A DNA stretch of 64,000 bases. Origin: Desulfomonilia bacterium (lineage in GTDB: Bacteria > Desulfobacterota > Desulfomonilia > UBA1062). The DNA is taken from assembly GCA_963664325.2 (NCBI GenBank), contig CAXXDQ010000007.1, positions 256,001 through 320,000 on the forward strand, given 5' to 3'. The notes beneath the pieces were generated by a model. That model was given only the letters and a program-made list of their open reading frames with translations, was not told where the DNA came from and searched no databases. Within the stretch, counting starts at the first letter, position 1. Each line of letters opens with the position of its first letter. The position numbers were made by a program, and so were the translations under genes. Below, piece by piece: positions 19,625 through 28,253 of this stretch.

Positions 19625-21193
19625 ATGGAAAAGATCGATAAAAAAACATGGCTTCTGATACTTGGAGCCCTGTTCCTTGTTCTGCTTCCCGGCATCAATC
19701 ACGGAATATGGCGTCCCGACGAACCATACATGGCCGGCATCTGCTCTGAAATGGCCCGCACGGGCGATTTTGCCGTTCCCAAGCTCAACGGCGTTCCATT
19801 CCTGGAAAAACCCCCTCTATACTACTGGGTTGCAGCCGCATTCGGCATGGTTCTGGGTTCAACTTATGATGTCCCTTTCAGGCTTGCTTCGACGCTTTTT
19901 TCAATACTTACCCTTGTTACCGTTTTCTTCGGTATCAGGAAAAAGACCTCTGACTTGACGGCCGCAATGGCCTGTCTTGTACTTTCAACTCTCTGGCAGT
20001 TTTTCGATCAGTCACGCTGGATTCTCGTCGACATATCGCTTGTTTTCGGAGTGGCTCTTTCCATGATTGCATGGTTCAGGATTACGAATGAAGGCAAATG
20101 GACCGATTCCATGCTGCTCGGGATAGGAACCGCAATTGCCTTTATGGCAAAGGGATTTGTCGGACCTGCAATGATTGTATCTGCAATTGTTGTGGATATA
20201 CTCAGGAAACCTGATTTCAGGCTTATCATCAAATCAAGACCGCATATAGCATTTATATTTTTCATGCTGCCGATCGGGATATGGATAGCCGAGCTCCTGA
20301 GGTCCGGCGGGTGGCAGTTTGTCCGGGAAGTTATTGTGGTGAATAATATCATGCGCTTTACCGGCGCACCCGAAGGAGCGGCACTGGGCCACATGCACGG
20401 TCCTTTTTATTACCTGCCCAAGGTTCCTTCAGAAATGATACCCTGGACCCTGATAGGCATACCCGCTTTCATTGCATCTTTTAAGAAATTCAGAAGGGAC
20501 AGCTATCTTCCCTGGTTTGTAGGCCCGCTGCTGCTGCTCTCTTTCTCGTCAGCTAAGAGAGGGCTCTATCTGGCGCCTCTTGCGCCGGCTGCCGCATGTA
20601 TAATCGCATCATGGCTTTCCTCGCCTCCGGAAAAAAAATGGGAAGAGCTCATGTTGAAAATAACATGGGGTTTTGTCGCTGCCGGTGCCCTGGCTCCGTT
20701 TGCAGGGGTATTCCTGGATGTTCCTGTCTGGGGAATACTCATGGGTATAATATCGGTCGGCAGTGTTTTCTATATCTATAGGTACAGCGGGCTCAAGATG
20801 TCCAACCTGGCGCTGTGCATTTCCGTTTGCGTGGTGATGGCTTCAACCATGTTTGTCTTTTACATATATCAGCAGCCCGGAGAGGATTATCTCCCGTTTG
20901 CAAAAAGGGCCCTTGCCCTCTCGGACGGAAAAGAAATAACGCTGCTTGCGGACGATGAGGTGTTTGAAGGTGTCATGCCCATGATAACGGGCAAATATTT
21001 TAAGAACGCGCCAAAACCTGACCATATTACCAACGAAGGTTACTATATCTGGGCCGACAGCAGGGAAGACAACATACTGCGCAAGGTCAGAAAACTTTAC
21101 AATGTGGATGTCGTGCTCGACAAGAGGATCGGGAGAAAAAATGCCAGGATGGCATATATTGTTCCCCGGTCTCCATCAGAGGTAAATAATTAG
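19625..21193 (+). CDS. arnT: ArnT/GT83 (PMT_2) family glycosyltransferase 1
   Basis: WRPDEP, FLEKPPLYYW, MAKG, HGPFYY, SAKRGLYLAP; polytopic. Confidence 0.85.
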   Translation: MEKIDKKTWLLILGALFLVLLPGINHGIWRPDEPYMAGICSEMARTGDFAVPKLNGVPFLEKPPLYYWVAAAFGMVLGSTYDVPFRLASTLFSILTLVTVFFGIRKKTSDLTAAMACLVLSTLWQFFDQSRWILVDISLVFGVALSMIAWFRITNEGKWTDSMLLGIGTAIAFMAKGFVGPAMIVSAIVVDILRKPDFRLIIKSRPHIAFIFFMLPIGIWIAELLRSGGWQFVREVIVVNNIMRFTGAPEGAALGHMHGPFYYLPKVPSEMIPWTLIGIPAFIASFKKFRRDSYLPWFVGPLLLLSFSSAKRGLYLAPLAPAAACIIASWLSSPPEKKWEELMLKITWGFVAAGALAPFAGVFLDVPVWGILMGIISVGSVFYIYRYSGLKMSNLALCISVCVVMASTMFVFYIYQQPGEDYLPFAKRALALSDGKEITLLADDEVFEGVMPMITGKYFKNAPKPDHITNEGYYIWADSREDNILRKVRKLYNVDVVLDKRIGRKNARMAYIVPRSPSEVNN

Positions 21194-21194
21194 G

Positions 21195-21863
21195 ATGAAG
21201 ATACTTGTAATCGAAGACGATGCAAAAACAGCATCATTCATTATCAAAGGTCTTTCACAGGCCGGGTATCTGGCGGACCATGCACCCGAGGGCGAAACCG
21301 GCCTGTTCATGGCGCAGACGGTATCTTATGATGCTGCGGTCGTCGATATAATGCTGCCCATACTCGATGGCATCTCCCTTGTACAGAGGCTGAGGGCGGA
21401 CGGAGTCCTGACGCCCGTGATATTTCTGAGCGCAAAAGGCTCGACCGAGGACCGGGTAAAAGGGCTTCAGGCGGGCGGCGATGACTACCTGCCCAAGCCG
21501 TTTGCATTCTCCGAGCTCCTTGCCAGACTCCAGGCCATACTGCGCAGGTCATCTGCAGCGGCAGAACCGACAATGCTGACTATAGCCGACCTGAGTCTGG
21601 ATCTTATAAAAAGAAAGGCCTTCAGGGCAGGCCTTGAAATCGAACTTCAGACCAAGGAGTTCGCCCTTCTTGAATACCTTATGAGGAACAAGGGCCGGGT
21701 CATATCAAAGACCATGATTATAGAAAATGTCTGGAACTATAATTTCGATCCGCAGACCAATGTGGTCGAGGCCAGGATATGCCATCTCAGGGACAAGATT
21801 GACCGCGATCATGAGCACAAGCTTATCCAGACGATCCGCGGCGTGGGGTACATGATTGAGTAA
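21195..21863 (+). CDS. OmpR-family response regulator (CusR/CopR-like)
   Basis: ILVIEDD, DIMLP, DYLPKPF, winged helix ending TIRGVGY. Confidence 0.95.
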   Translation: MKILVIEDDAKTASFIIKGLSQAGYLADHAPEGETGLFMAQTVSYDAAVVDIMLPILDGISLVQRLRADGVLTPVIFLSAKGSTEDRVKGLQAGGDDYLPKPFAFSELLARLQAILRRSSAAAEPTMLTIADLSLDLIKRKAFRAGLEIELQTKEFALLEYLMRNKGRVISKTMIIENVWNYNFDPQTNVVEARICHLRDKIDRDHEHKLIQTIRGVGYMIE

Positions 21864-23247
21864 AAACCCTGTCAGGACTTATGGAGTCGCTGTTAAAATA
21901 GCAGTTTCATTTGCCGTGGCTTTCGTCATCGTTTCAACCGCTGCCTTCGGCATTTTGTATATCGCCCTTTCCTCAAACCTTCAGGCCCGGCTTGACGATA
22001 TTTTAAAAAAGCAGGCCTCCGACCTGAAACTGCTTTATGATTCCGGCAACAGGAACCTTTTCTCTGAAGAGATCAACAGGCAGGCCAGGTATGAAGGCGT
22101 CGACAGGATGTTCGTCGTCGTCATGAACCATAATTCAGGACCTGTGATCGGGACCGACATGGCTCCCTGGAAGGGAATTCCCGGATCGCTTCTCTCAAAG
22201 GGGAATCTCCAACAAAAAGGGGAAATGTTCCTTTCATTGGCCGTTCCGGAACGAAGGCATCAGGTTAGAATCATTACAAACCTTTTGAATGATGGGAACT
22301 GTATTGCCGTAGGAAGGACACTCAGGGACAACGACGAAGTCATGGAAGATTTCAGGGAGGTTTTCTCCGCGGCCTTTTCCATTATTCTCCTGATGGGCGC
22401 GTTAGCGGCATGGTTTGTGGCAAAACGGGCCATGCAGGGGGTTGAGCGCGTCACCAAGACAGCCGGAATTATCGGCACTGAGGGACTGTCAAAAAGGGTC
22501 CCGGTCGGTAATGAAGGCCGCGAAATTGCGGAGCTTGCAAATGCCTTCAACGGCATGCTCAAGCGTATCGAGGCCCTGATTGCAGATATAAGGGCGGTAA
22601 CGGACAATATCGCCCATGACCTGAAAAGTCCGCTGACAAGGATCCGCGGAATTGCCGAGACGACCCTCACAGGTTCACAGGATCTGCCCGAATACAGGGA
22701 GATGGCCGGCAATGTCATTGAGGAGTGCGACAGGATGGTCTCCATGATCAACACCATGCTCGAGATTGCGCGGACAGATGCCGGGATCGGCAAGCCTGGC
22801 GCATTGATGGTAGACATCTCTGCCATCCTGAAGGATATAACCGAGATATACGAGGCGCTGGCGCAGGATAAGGGAATAAGGCTTTCCCTTGATATATCTG
22901 AACCCTTGCCCGAACTCCCGGGTGACAAGTCAATGCTTCAGCGCGCCATGGCAAACCTTGTTGATAACGCTGTGAAATACACGCCTGCCGGCGGAAATGT
23001 TACCATTTCCGCAGCATCGGATATGAATAAGACCATTGTTTCGGTAATGGACACTGGTCCGGGAATATCCGAAACAGACCTTCCCCATATCTTTGAAAGA
23101 TTTTACAGAGGCGAGAAGAGCCGTTCGACACCCGGAAGCGGCCTCGGACTGAGCCTTGTCATGTCAGTGGCCAAGGCCCACGGAGGAGACGTTACTGTGT
23201 CAACATCTGATAAAGGAAGCACATTCAACCTTAGTCTCCCTCTATAG
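21856..23247 (+). CDS. HAMP-containing sensor histidine kinase
   Basis: Two TM segments, IAHDLKSPLTR, NLVDNAVKY, DTGPGI, GSGLGL. Confidence 0.95.
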   Translation: MSKNPVRTYGVAVKIAVSFAVAFVIVSTAAFGILYIALSSNLQARLDDILKKQASDLKLLYDSGNRNLFSEEINRQARYEGVDRMFVVVMNHNSGPVIGTDMAPWKGIPGSLLSKGNLQQKGEMFLSLAVPERRHQVRIITNLLNDGNCIAVGRTLRDNDEVMEDFREVFSAAFSIILLMGALAAWFVAKRAMQGVERVTKTAGIIGTEGLSKRVPVGNEGREIAELANAFNGMLKRIEALIADIRAVTDNIAHDLKSPLTRIRGIAETTLTGSQDLPEYREMAGNVIEECDRMVSMINTMLEIARTDAGIGKPGALMVDISAILKDITEIYEALAQDKGIRLSLDISEPLPELPGDKSMLQRAMANLVDNAVKYTPAGGNVTISAASDMNKTIVSVMDTGPGISETDLPHIFERFYRGEKSRSTPGSGLGLSLVMSVAKAHGGDVTVSTSDKGSTFNLSLPL

Positions 23248-23396
23248 TGACAAAACCCCATGCTGTTTTGTTGGATTTCATTCGTCAACAAAATCCGCAG
23301 GCTTATGCCGATACTGCGGTCGCATGATCGAATCAAGTCTCGCTCCATATAATCCGATACAATATAATTATAAAAATGGGACAGGAGGGGTGCAAA

Positions 23397-24836
23397 ATGA
23401 CGGAAACTCTGAAAGCATCGTCATGGGTGATGGTATTTTTTCTTGCCTGCCTGTGTTTTCTTGCGGGAACGATGTTTACTGGATGTTCGGAATCAAACAA
23501 CAACGGCGAATCTCTCCTCGGTAACACAACATTTACATACACAATCTCCAACCACACGGGATACGATATAGTCGTAAGGCATGTGAACAGGGATCGCTAC
23601 GACTGGTCGGGAGGTTATTCACCCCAGGAGAATTTCAACAATGTCCGTATACCGAGCAAGATGGCGGCCTCCAGGGTAGAGGTCTCGGCAAAATACCGCT
23701 CTGATTCAGGCAGGGAGGACATCTACCTCGACGTATATGAAAAGGGGACGGATAATTTTCTGTTCACTTCAAATGTGGACAATTTCTATGTCGCCAACAA
23801 CGCCTGCCACAATTCGAACTATGTTATGGAGGTCATATTCAGCGACCCGAGACTGAGAACGATCTGGATGCATGCCTCAGGAGAATCATTTCTTAACGTA
23901 TATCCCAAGACACCGGGCGGAAGCGATTGGATGGGAGGCCTTGATCAGAACCTGACATTGGCCCAGATAGCGATTCCCGGAACGCATGACAGCGGCGCGT
24001 TTAATTCTTCCAGGGCCTGTGAATGCCAGTCGAACACCCCTGTCCAGCAGCTGGAGATGGGTGTCAGGTCGTTTGACTTCAGGCTTGCCTGCAATTATGA
24101 CGAGCTCGTCCTGGTTCACGGAAACATACAAAGCTGGGGCTGCAACTTCAACTTCACGCATGTGGCGAAAAGCTATCTGCTCGGATTCCGGGATTTCCTG
24201 AATAGCCATCCGACCGAGTCGATTATGATCCACATGAAAAAGGAATCCGATCCGCTGACCGAATGTTACTTTTCAGATGTGGGAGAAGGCCTTTACGATC
24301 TCCTCAATGACATGGAGTCGGAAGGCCTTAAGATTATGAAGGTCTATGACAGGTTCCCGACTCTGGCTGAGGCTGCAGGAAAGGTCCTTATATTCCATGA
24401 ACCTGATGTGGACGGGTGTTGTGCTTATCCCATAAGGCTCGATTGGGCCAGCGAGACAAAGCGCCAGGAGGTTGACTGGGGAAGCAGCGGAGCTAAGTTC
24501 ATAATCCAGGATGCATACAAGAACAATTCATCCGACAAATGGGATATAGTCAGGAACATACTGGGAGAATCATCAGAGAACAATGATCCGCAAACCCTTT
24601 ACTACAATTATACCAGTTGCGTTGCGGGCGGCTCGCCGAATCCTGCCGGAGAGGCTGAAAACATAAATGAATGGCTGGCAACATGGCTCAGCAGATACCC
24701 GGGAGTCAAGCCGAAGGGCTGCATTATTATGGACTACATCAACTGCGGCTCGTTCGGAGGCACGGGCGTGACCTGGTACTGTTCATCGGGAGGGCATGAC
24801 CTTATGCCCTTCATGATTTACAATGAAAACTACTGA
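23397..24836 (+). CDS. Lipoprotein with phosphatidylinositol-specific phospholipase C X domain
   Basis: Lipobox FTGC; IPGTHDSG, QLEMGVRSFDFRL, LVHG, FLNSHPTESI, IQDAY, IIMDY. Confidence 0.85.
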   Translation: MTETLKASSWVMVFFLACLCFLAGTMFTGCSESNNNGESLLGNTTFTYTISNHTGYDIVVRHVNRDRYDWSGGYSPQENFNNVRIPSKMAASRVEVSAKYRSDSGREDIYLDVYEKGTDNFLFTSNVDNFYVANNACHNSNYVMEVIFSDPRLRTIWMHASGESFLNVYPKTPGGSDWMGGLDQNLTLAQIAIPGTHDSGAFNSSRACECQSNTPVQQLEMGVRSFDFRLACNYDELVLVHGNIQSWGCNFNFTHVAKSYLLGFRDFLNSHPTESIMIHMKKESDPLTECYFSDVGEGLYDLLNDMESEGLKIMKVYDRFPTLAEAAGKVLIFHEPDVDGCCAYPIRLDWASETKRQEVDWGSSGAKFIIQDAYKNNSSDKWDIVRNILGESSENNDPQTLYYNYTSCVAGGSPNPAGEAENINEWLATWLSRYPGVKPKGCIIMDYINCGSFGGTGVTWYCSSGGHDLMPFMIYNENY

Positions 24837-24860
24837 TCAGGCTGTTTGGAGGAAAAGATG

Positions 24861-24920
24861 TCTTAAAAAGGTCTTCAGGCAGATCGCAAGAACAGCGCCT
24901 GCTGATGCCTTTCGTTCGGC
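24861..24920 (+). mobile_element. Degenerate integron attC-like site 1
   Basis: 60 bp imperfect palindrome AAAGG-TCTTCAGGCAG...CTGCTGATG-CCTTT ending in R'-like GTTCGGC; the left AAC reads AAA. Confidence 0.45.
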
Positions 24921-24964
24921 GAAAGGTCGTATCAATACACATGATTTCATGATAATTATTAATC

Positions 24965-25153
24965 ATGATTAAAAAGGTTATTCGCAAAGGCAACCTGCAG
25001 AATATGCAGTATGCAAAAGACGATCTCTCGTACTGGCTGAGTCGACCAGAGGATGAACGGGTAGCAGCCGTCGATTATCTGAGAAAGCAATACTATGGAA
25101 GTGCAGAAAGACTTCAAAGAGTTGCTCGAGTTATTCAACGGGCACAAAGTTGA
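24965..25153 (+). CDS. Small protein of the type paired with nucleotidyltransferases in TA-like modules
   Basis: YWLSRPEDERVAAVDYLR...ERLQRVARVIQR pattern; overlaps the next gene. Confidence 0.65.
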   Translation: MIKKVIRKGNLQNMQYAKDDLSYWLSRPEDERVAAVDYLRKQYYGSAERLQRVARVIQRAQS

Positions 25154-25339
25154 ATACATGATTGTCGGGGCTTATGCTCTGGCATATCATGAAGCGCCTC
25201 GTTTTACAGGTGATATAGATATGTTTGTTCAACCTTCTCTGGAAAATGCAAAGAAAATCTTATCTGCACTGGCTGATTTTGGTGTCGAAAAAAAGATTTG
25301 GCAGACCTTGAATCTCTGGGTGAAGTGATTGATATATAG
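25095..25339 (+). pseudogene. Nucleotidyltransferase (TA-associated), internally deleted
   Basis: DFKELLELFN...VGAYALAYH...PRFTGDIDMF N-terminus joined near 25284 to an out-of-frame C-terminal GRKKDLADLESL motif. Confidence 0.75.
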
Positions 25340-25380
25340 TTAACATATCGAAAGCAAAAGCCTGTTTTTTGGCGCATCAT

Positions 25381-25409
25381 CAAGAAAAGGTATCAGGCAC
25401 CTTTTCTTG
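25381..25409. repeat. Short perfect inverted repeat (REP-like or terminator hairpin)
   Basis: CAAGAAAAGGT-ATCAGGC-ACCTTTTCTTG, 11 bp arms. Confidence 0.6.
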
Positions 25410-25429
25410 CTTAAAAGGATTTGATTAAA

Positions 25430-26242
25430 ATGACAAAACAAATAGGGATTTTGTACTTCTCCCCAACAGGTACAACAAAAAAAGTATGTACGGCCATGGC
25501 TATGGGAATGGGAACAAAAGATTTTCAGGTTTTTGATATGACTAATCATAAAACCAGAGCATCCATAATTGATAATACCAAAACTGTTTTTGAAAATATA
25601 GATCATTTGATTGTCGGTGCTCCTGTCTATGCGGGTAAGCTTCCACTTCAAGTTTTGGAATGTCTCAGAGCTATTGATGGAAACGGAAAAGAATCAAGTG
25701 CGATAGTATTATATGGTAATAGAGACTTCGGCATTGCTCTACATGTTATGGTGAAATTGCTTTGTGAACATGGTTTCAATGTTACTTCTGCCGGTGCTTT
25801 TATCGGTCAACATTCATATTCTGATATTGTACCCGTCGCAATTGGACGACCAGACGAATCAGACTTGGAAAAAGCACGTCAACTAGGAATAAAAAGTCTG
25901 AGTACTAATATCTATCTGAGCCCAAGCGATATTCCTGTTCAACTTGATAAATCTTCAAAATCTGACAAATATCCATCTATTAAACCTTTGTTTATTGAAG
26001 CAATGTGTATTCAATGTGGAAAGTGTGCAAAAAAATGTCCGGTTGGATTGCTGTCCTCTGATACGGGAATGTATATTAATCGACAGGCCCAAAAAAAGTG
26101 CATTGGTTGTATGGCATGTGTGAATGTTTGTATGCAAAAAGCCAAAGTTGCGAGGGTTAATCCGTTCATTAAACTGGTAATGAAACTAATTCTTGGAAAA
26201 GCTTCAAGAGAACGAAAAGAGCCTTTGACTATTTACGCTTGA
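25430..26242 (+). CDS. EFR1-family flavodoxin-ferredoxin fusion
   Basis: YFSPTGTT, PVYAG, YGNR, CIQCGKCAKKCP, CIGCMACVNVC; visibly AT-richer than its flanks. Confidence 0.88.
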   Translation: MTKQIGILYFSPTGTTKKVCTAMAMGMGTKDFQVFDMTNHKTRASIIDNTKTVFENIDHLIVGAPVYAGKLPLQVLECLRAIDGNGKESSAIVLYGNRDFGIALHVMVKLLCEHGFNVTSAGAFIGQHSYSDIVPVAIGRPDESDLEKARQLGIKSLSTNIYLSPSDIPVQLDKSSKSDKYPSIKPLFIEAMCIQCGKCAKKCPVGLLSSDTGMYINRQAQKKCIGCMACVNVCMQKAKVARVNPFIKLVMKLILGKASRERKEPLTIYA

Positions 26243-26278
26243 GATAATACTGGAGAAGAAAAAGATCATTATAATTGT

Positions 26279-26335
26279 ATTTAACTAAGTCAATCCATCC
26301 GATCGATGATGCTCCTGCTAATTTTTTAGTTATCT
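26279..26335 (+). mobile_element. Degenerate integron attC-like site 2
   Basis: ATTTAAC (R'') TAAGTCAATCCATCCGATCG...GCTCCTGCTAATTTTTTA GTTATCT (R'); TAACTAA/TTAGTTA perfect arms; 57 bp; 36 bp after a stop codon. Confidence 0.55.
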
Positions 26336-26356
26336 TCTTAATGGAAAAAACTGCAT

Positions 26357-26480
26357 TACAGGCCGTCAGAACAAGGCAGACTGCGAAGCGACGAAGTCGA
26401 GAAATGAGGCGTACTTTTAGCGTACGCCGGAATGATGAGACAAGGAGCGACAAAGGTATGCAAAGTTATGGCGACCTGTA
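26357..26480. repeat. REP/MITE-like palindromic element A
   Basis: Terminal arms TACAGGCCGTCA/TGGCGACCTGTA and central hairpin GGCGTAC-TTTTAGC-GTACGCC. Confidence 0.65.
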
Positions 26481-26481
26481 C

Positions 26482-26607
26482 AATCCGGTTTATATTCAAG
26501 ATGCTGCCTAGGAGGCCAGGAGGAAAGCGACGCAGGCATACTTTGACGTATGTCGAGGAGCTTTCGTACGCAGACGACGACGGCAGCGCTTGAATAGAAA
26601 CCGGATT
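26482..26607. repeat. REP/MITE-like palindromic element B
   Basis: About 27 bp arms AATCCGGTTTATATTCAAGATGCTGCC/GGCAGCGCTTGAATAGAAACCGGATT and central hairpin GGCATAC-TTTGAC-GTATGTC. Confidence 0.72.
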
Positions 26608-26657
26608 ACTAAAAAATAATGTTCCGGCAATGATGAGGTCATGTTAATCTGTTATCG

Positions 26658-28253
26658 ATGCAAGTCATGGAAAATAGCATGAACAAAAGCAGCTATCTTA
26701 AGCTCACCGTGCTGGTCATTGTCTTATCGATGCAGCTTGTAGGTATTTTCGACCATTCCCTGTGGACGCCGGACGAGCCGCGCGTGGCCGAGATAGCCCG
26801 CGAAATGGCAGTTTCAGGTGATTATCTCATTCCCCATCACAGCAATGCGCCCTTCCTGGAACAGCCGCCTCTTTACTACATGCTTGCCGCCGTTTCCTAT
26901 GGCATATTCGGCACGGCAAACGAAGGTTTCGGCAGGCTTGCATCGGTAATATTCGCCCTTTCCACATTGGCCATCGTATTCTTCGGGACCAGAAGGCTCT
27001 TTTCAGAACGCGTTTCTCTGCTTGCCGTTCTCATCCTTTCAAGCTGCTATACGTTTTTTGAGGTATCTCATAAAATGCTTGTCGATTCGGCCCTCTGCCT
27101 TTTCATCAGTTCGGCGCTCTTTTCGTTCGCGCTCGCCGAGACAGGAAGGCTCAAACACGGCTACAAGTTCTTCTGGATAAGCCTGGGGCTTGCCTTCATG
27201 TCCAAGGGCATAATCGGCATGGCAATCCCGGGGGTTGCTGTCGCAGCCTATTATATATGGCAGGGCAGATTTCCGGACCATAAAAAAACATGGTTTTTCC
27301 AGGGATGCGCCGTAATCGTCCTCTTCATGGCCGCCTGGGCCTACATACTCTTTCAAAGGGGCGGCATCGAATTTATAAGGATTTTCTACCTGTATAATCA
27401 GGTCGGAAGATTTTTTAACATAGGCATATATTCAGGCGGTCATATGAGGCCCTTTTACTATTATCTGACGACAATCTGGGCCGATGCCGCGCCCTGGTCG
27501 CTGATCCTTGTCCCTTTCTTAATCTCCATCAGAAATTATACGAACGAGAAGAGGTTCATCGTCTCATGGTTCGCAGCAGGCTTTATCCTTTTGAGCATAG
27601 CTTCGACAAAACGCGGGCTTTATGTGCTGCCGCTCCTTCCCGCAATGGCTGTAATGGCGGCCCTGTGGATGGAGCACGTAATCGCTGAGGCGTCTTCAAA
27701 AATTGACAAGACCTTTCTATGGATCATCATCATCCTTGTTTCTGTATGTTCCATAGTGTTGCCTTTTGTGTATGTGATGAAGTTTGGCGGTGCATACCTG
27801 ACTGCCCTTCTGTTGCTTCTGACCGGTATCGCCCTGCCGATTTCAGTCTACAGGATATTCAAGCCCGGACTCGCCTTTGTGCTGGTAGTTTCATGGACAT
27901 TCCTGATCGTCCTCTGGGTGCCGTTTGTAATACCTGTTGTGGACACAATGAAGAGCTACAAGCCCCTCTTCACGGAAATCGGAAAACATGCCGGCGGTTC
28001 ACAGGTGACAGGTTATCAGCTTACCGAATCCCTTGAGGCGTTTTCGCCTTTTTATGGTAATTTTTATGTTAATAATATCGAAGACAGGAGTGTATTTGAA
28101 AAAATACTGAAAAGCCCTAAAACCTCTTATCTGATGATAATACCGGTCAGGACAGATGACGGGCTGAAACAGCTGATTAAAGACAGGTATACCCTCCTGA
28201 TTTCAGACACTGACAAGGATGTTCAAATCTGGAAACGCGGCAATAAGGATTGA
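26658..28253 (+). CDS. arnT: ArnT/GT83 family glycosyltransferase 2
   Basis: LWTPDEPRVAEIAREM, FLEQPPLYY, MSKG, HMRPFYYY, STKRGLYVLP. Confidence 0.87.
   Translation: MQVMENSMNKSSYLKLTVLVIVLSMQLVGIFDHSLWTPDEPRVAEIAREMAVSGDYLIPHHSNAPFLEQPPLYYMLAAVSYGIFGTANEGFGRLASVIFALSTLAIVFFGTRRLFSERVSLLAVLILSSCYTFFEVSHKMLVDSALCLFISSALFSFALAETGRLKHGYKFFWISLGLAFMSKGIIGMAIPGVAVAAYYIWQGRFPDHKKTWFFQGCAVIVLFMAAWAYILFQRGGIEFIRIFYLYNQVGRFFNIGIYSGGHMRPFYYYLTTIWADAAPWSLILVPFLISIRNYTNEKRFIVSWFAAGFILLSIASTKRGLYVLPLLPAMAVMAALWMEHVIAEASSKIDKTFLWIIIILVSVCSIVLPFVYVMKFGGAYLTALLLLLTGIALPISVYRIFKPGLAFVLVVSWTFLIVLWVPFVIPVVDTMKSYKPLFTEIGKHAGGSQVTGYQLTESLEAFSPFYGNFYVNNIEDRSVFEKILKSPKTSYLMIIPVRTDDGLKQLIKDRYTLLISDTDKDVQIWKRGNKD

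Noticed and set aside
23266-23294. TTTTGTTG/CAACAAAA inverted repeat after the histidine kinase
   Set aside because: Weak AT-rich stem with no T tail; function cannot be assigned
26229-26511. 74-78 aa ORFs over the attC-like and palindromic elements
   Set aside because: Better explained as non-coding repeats
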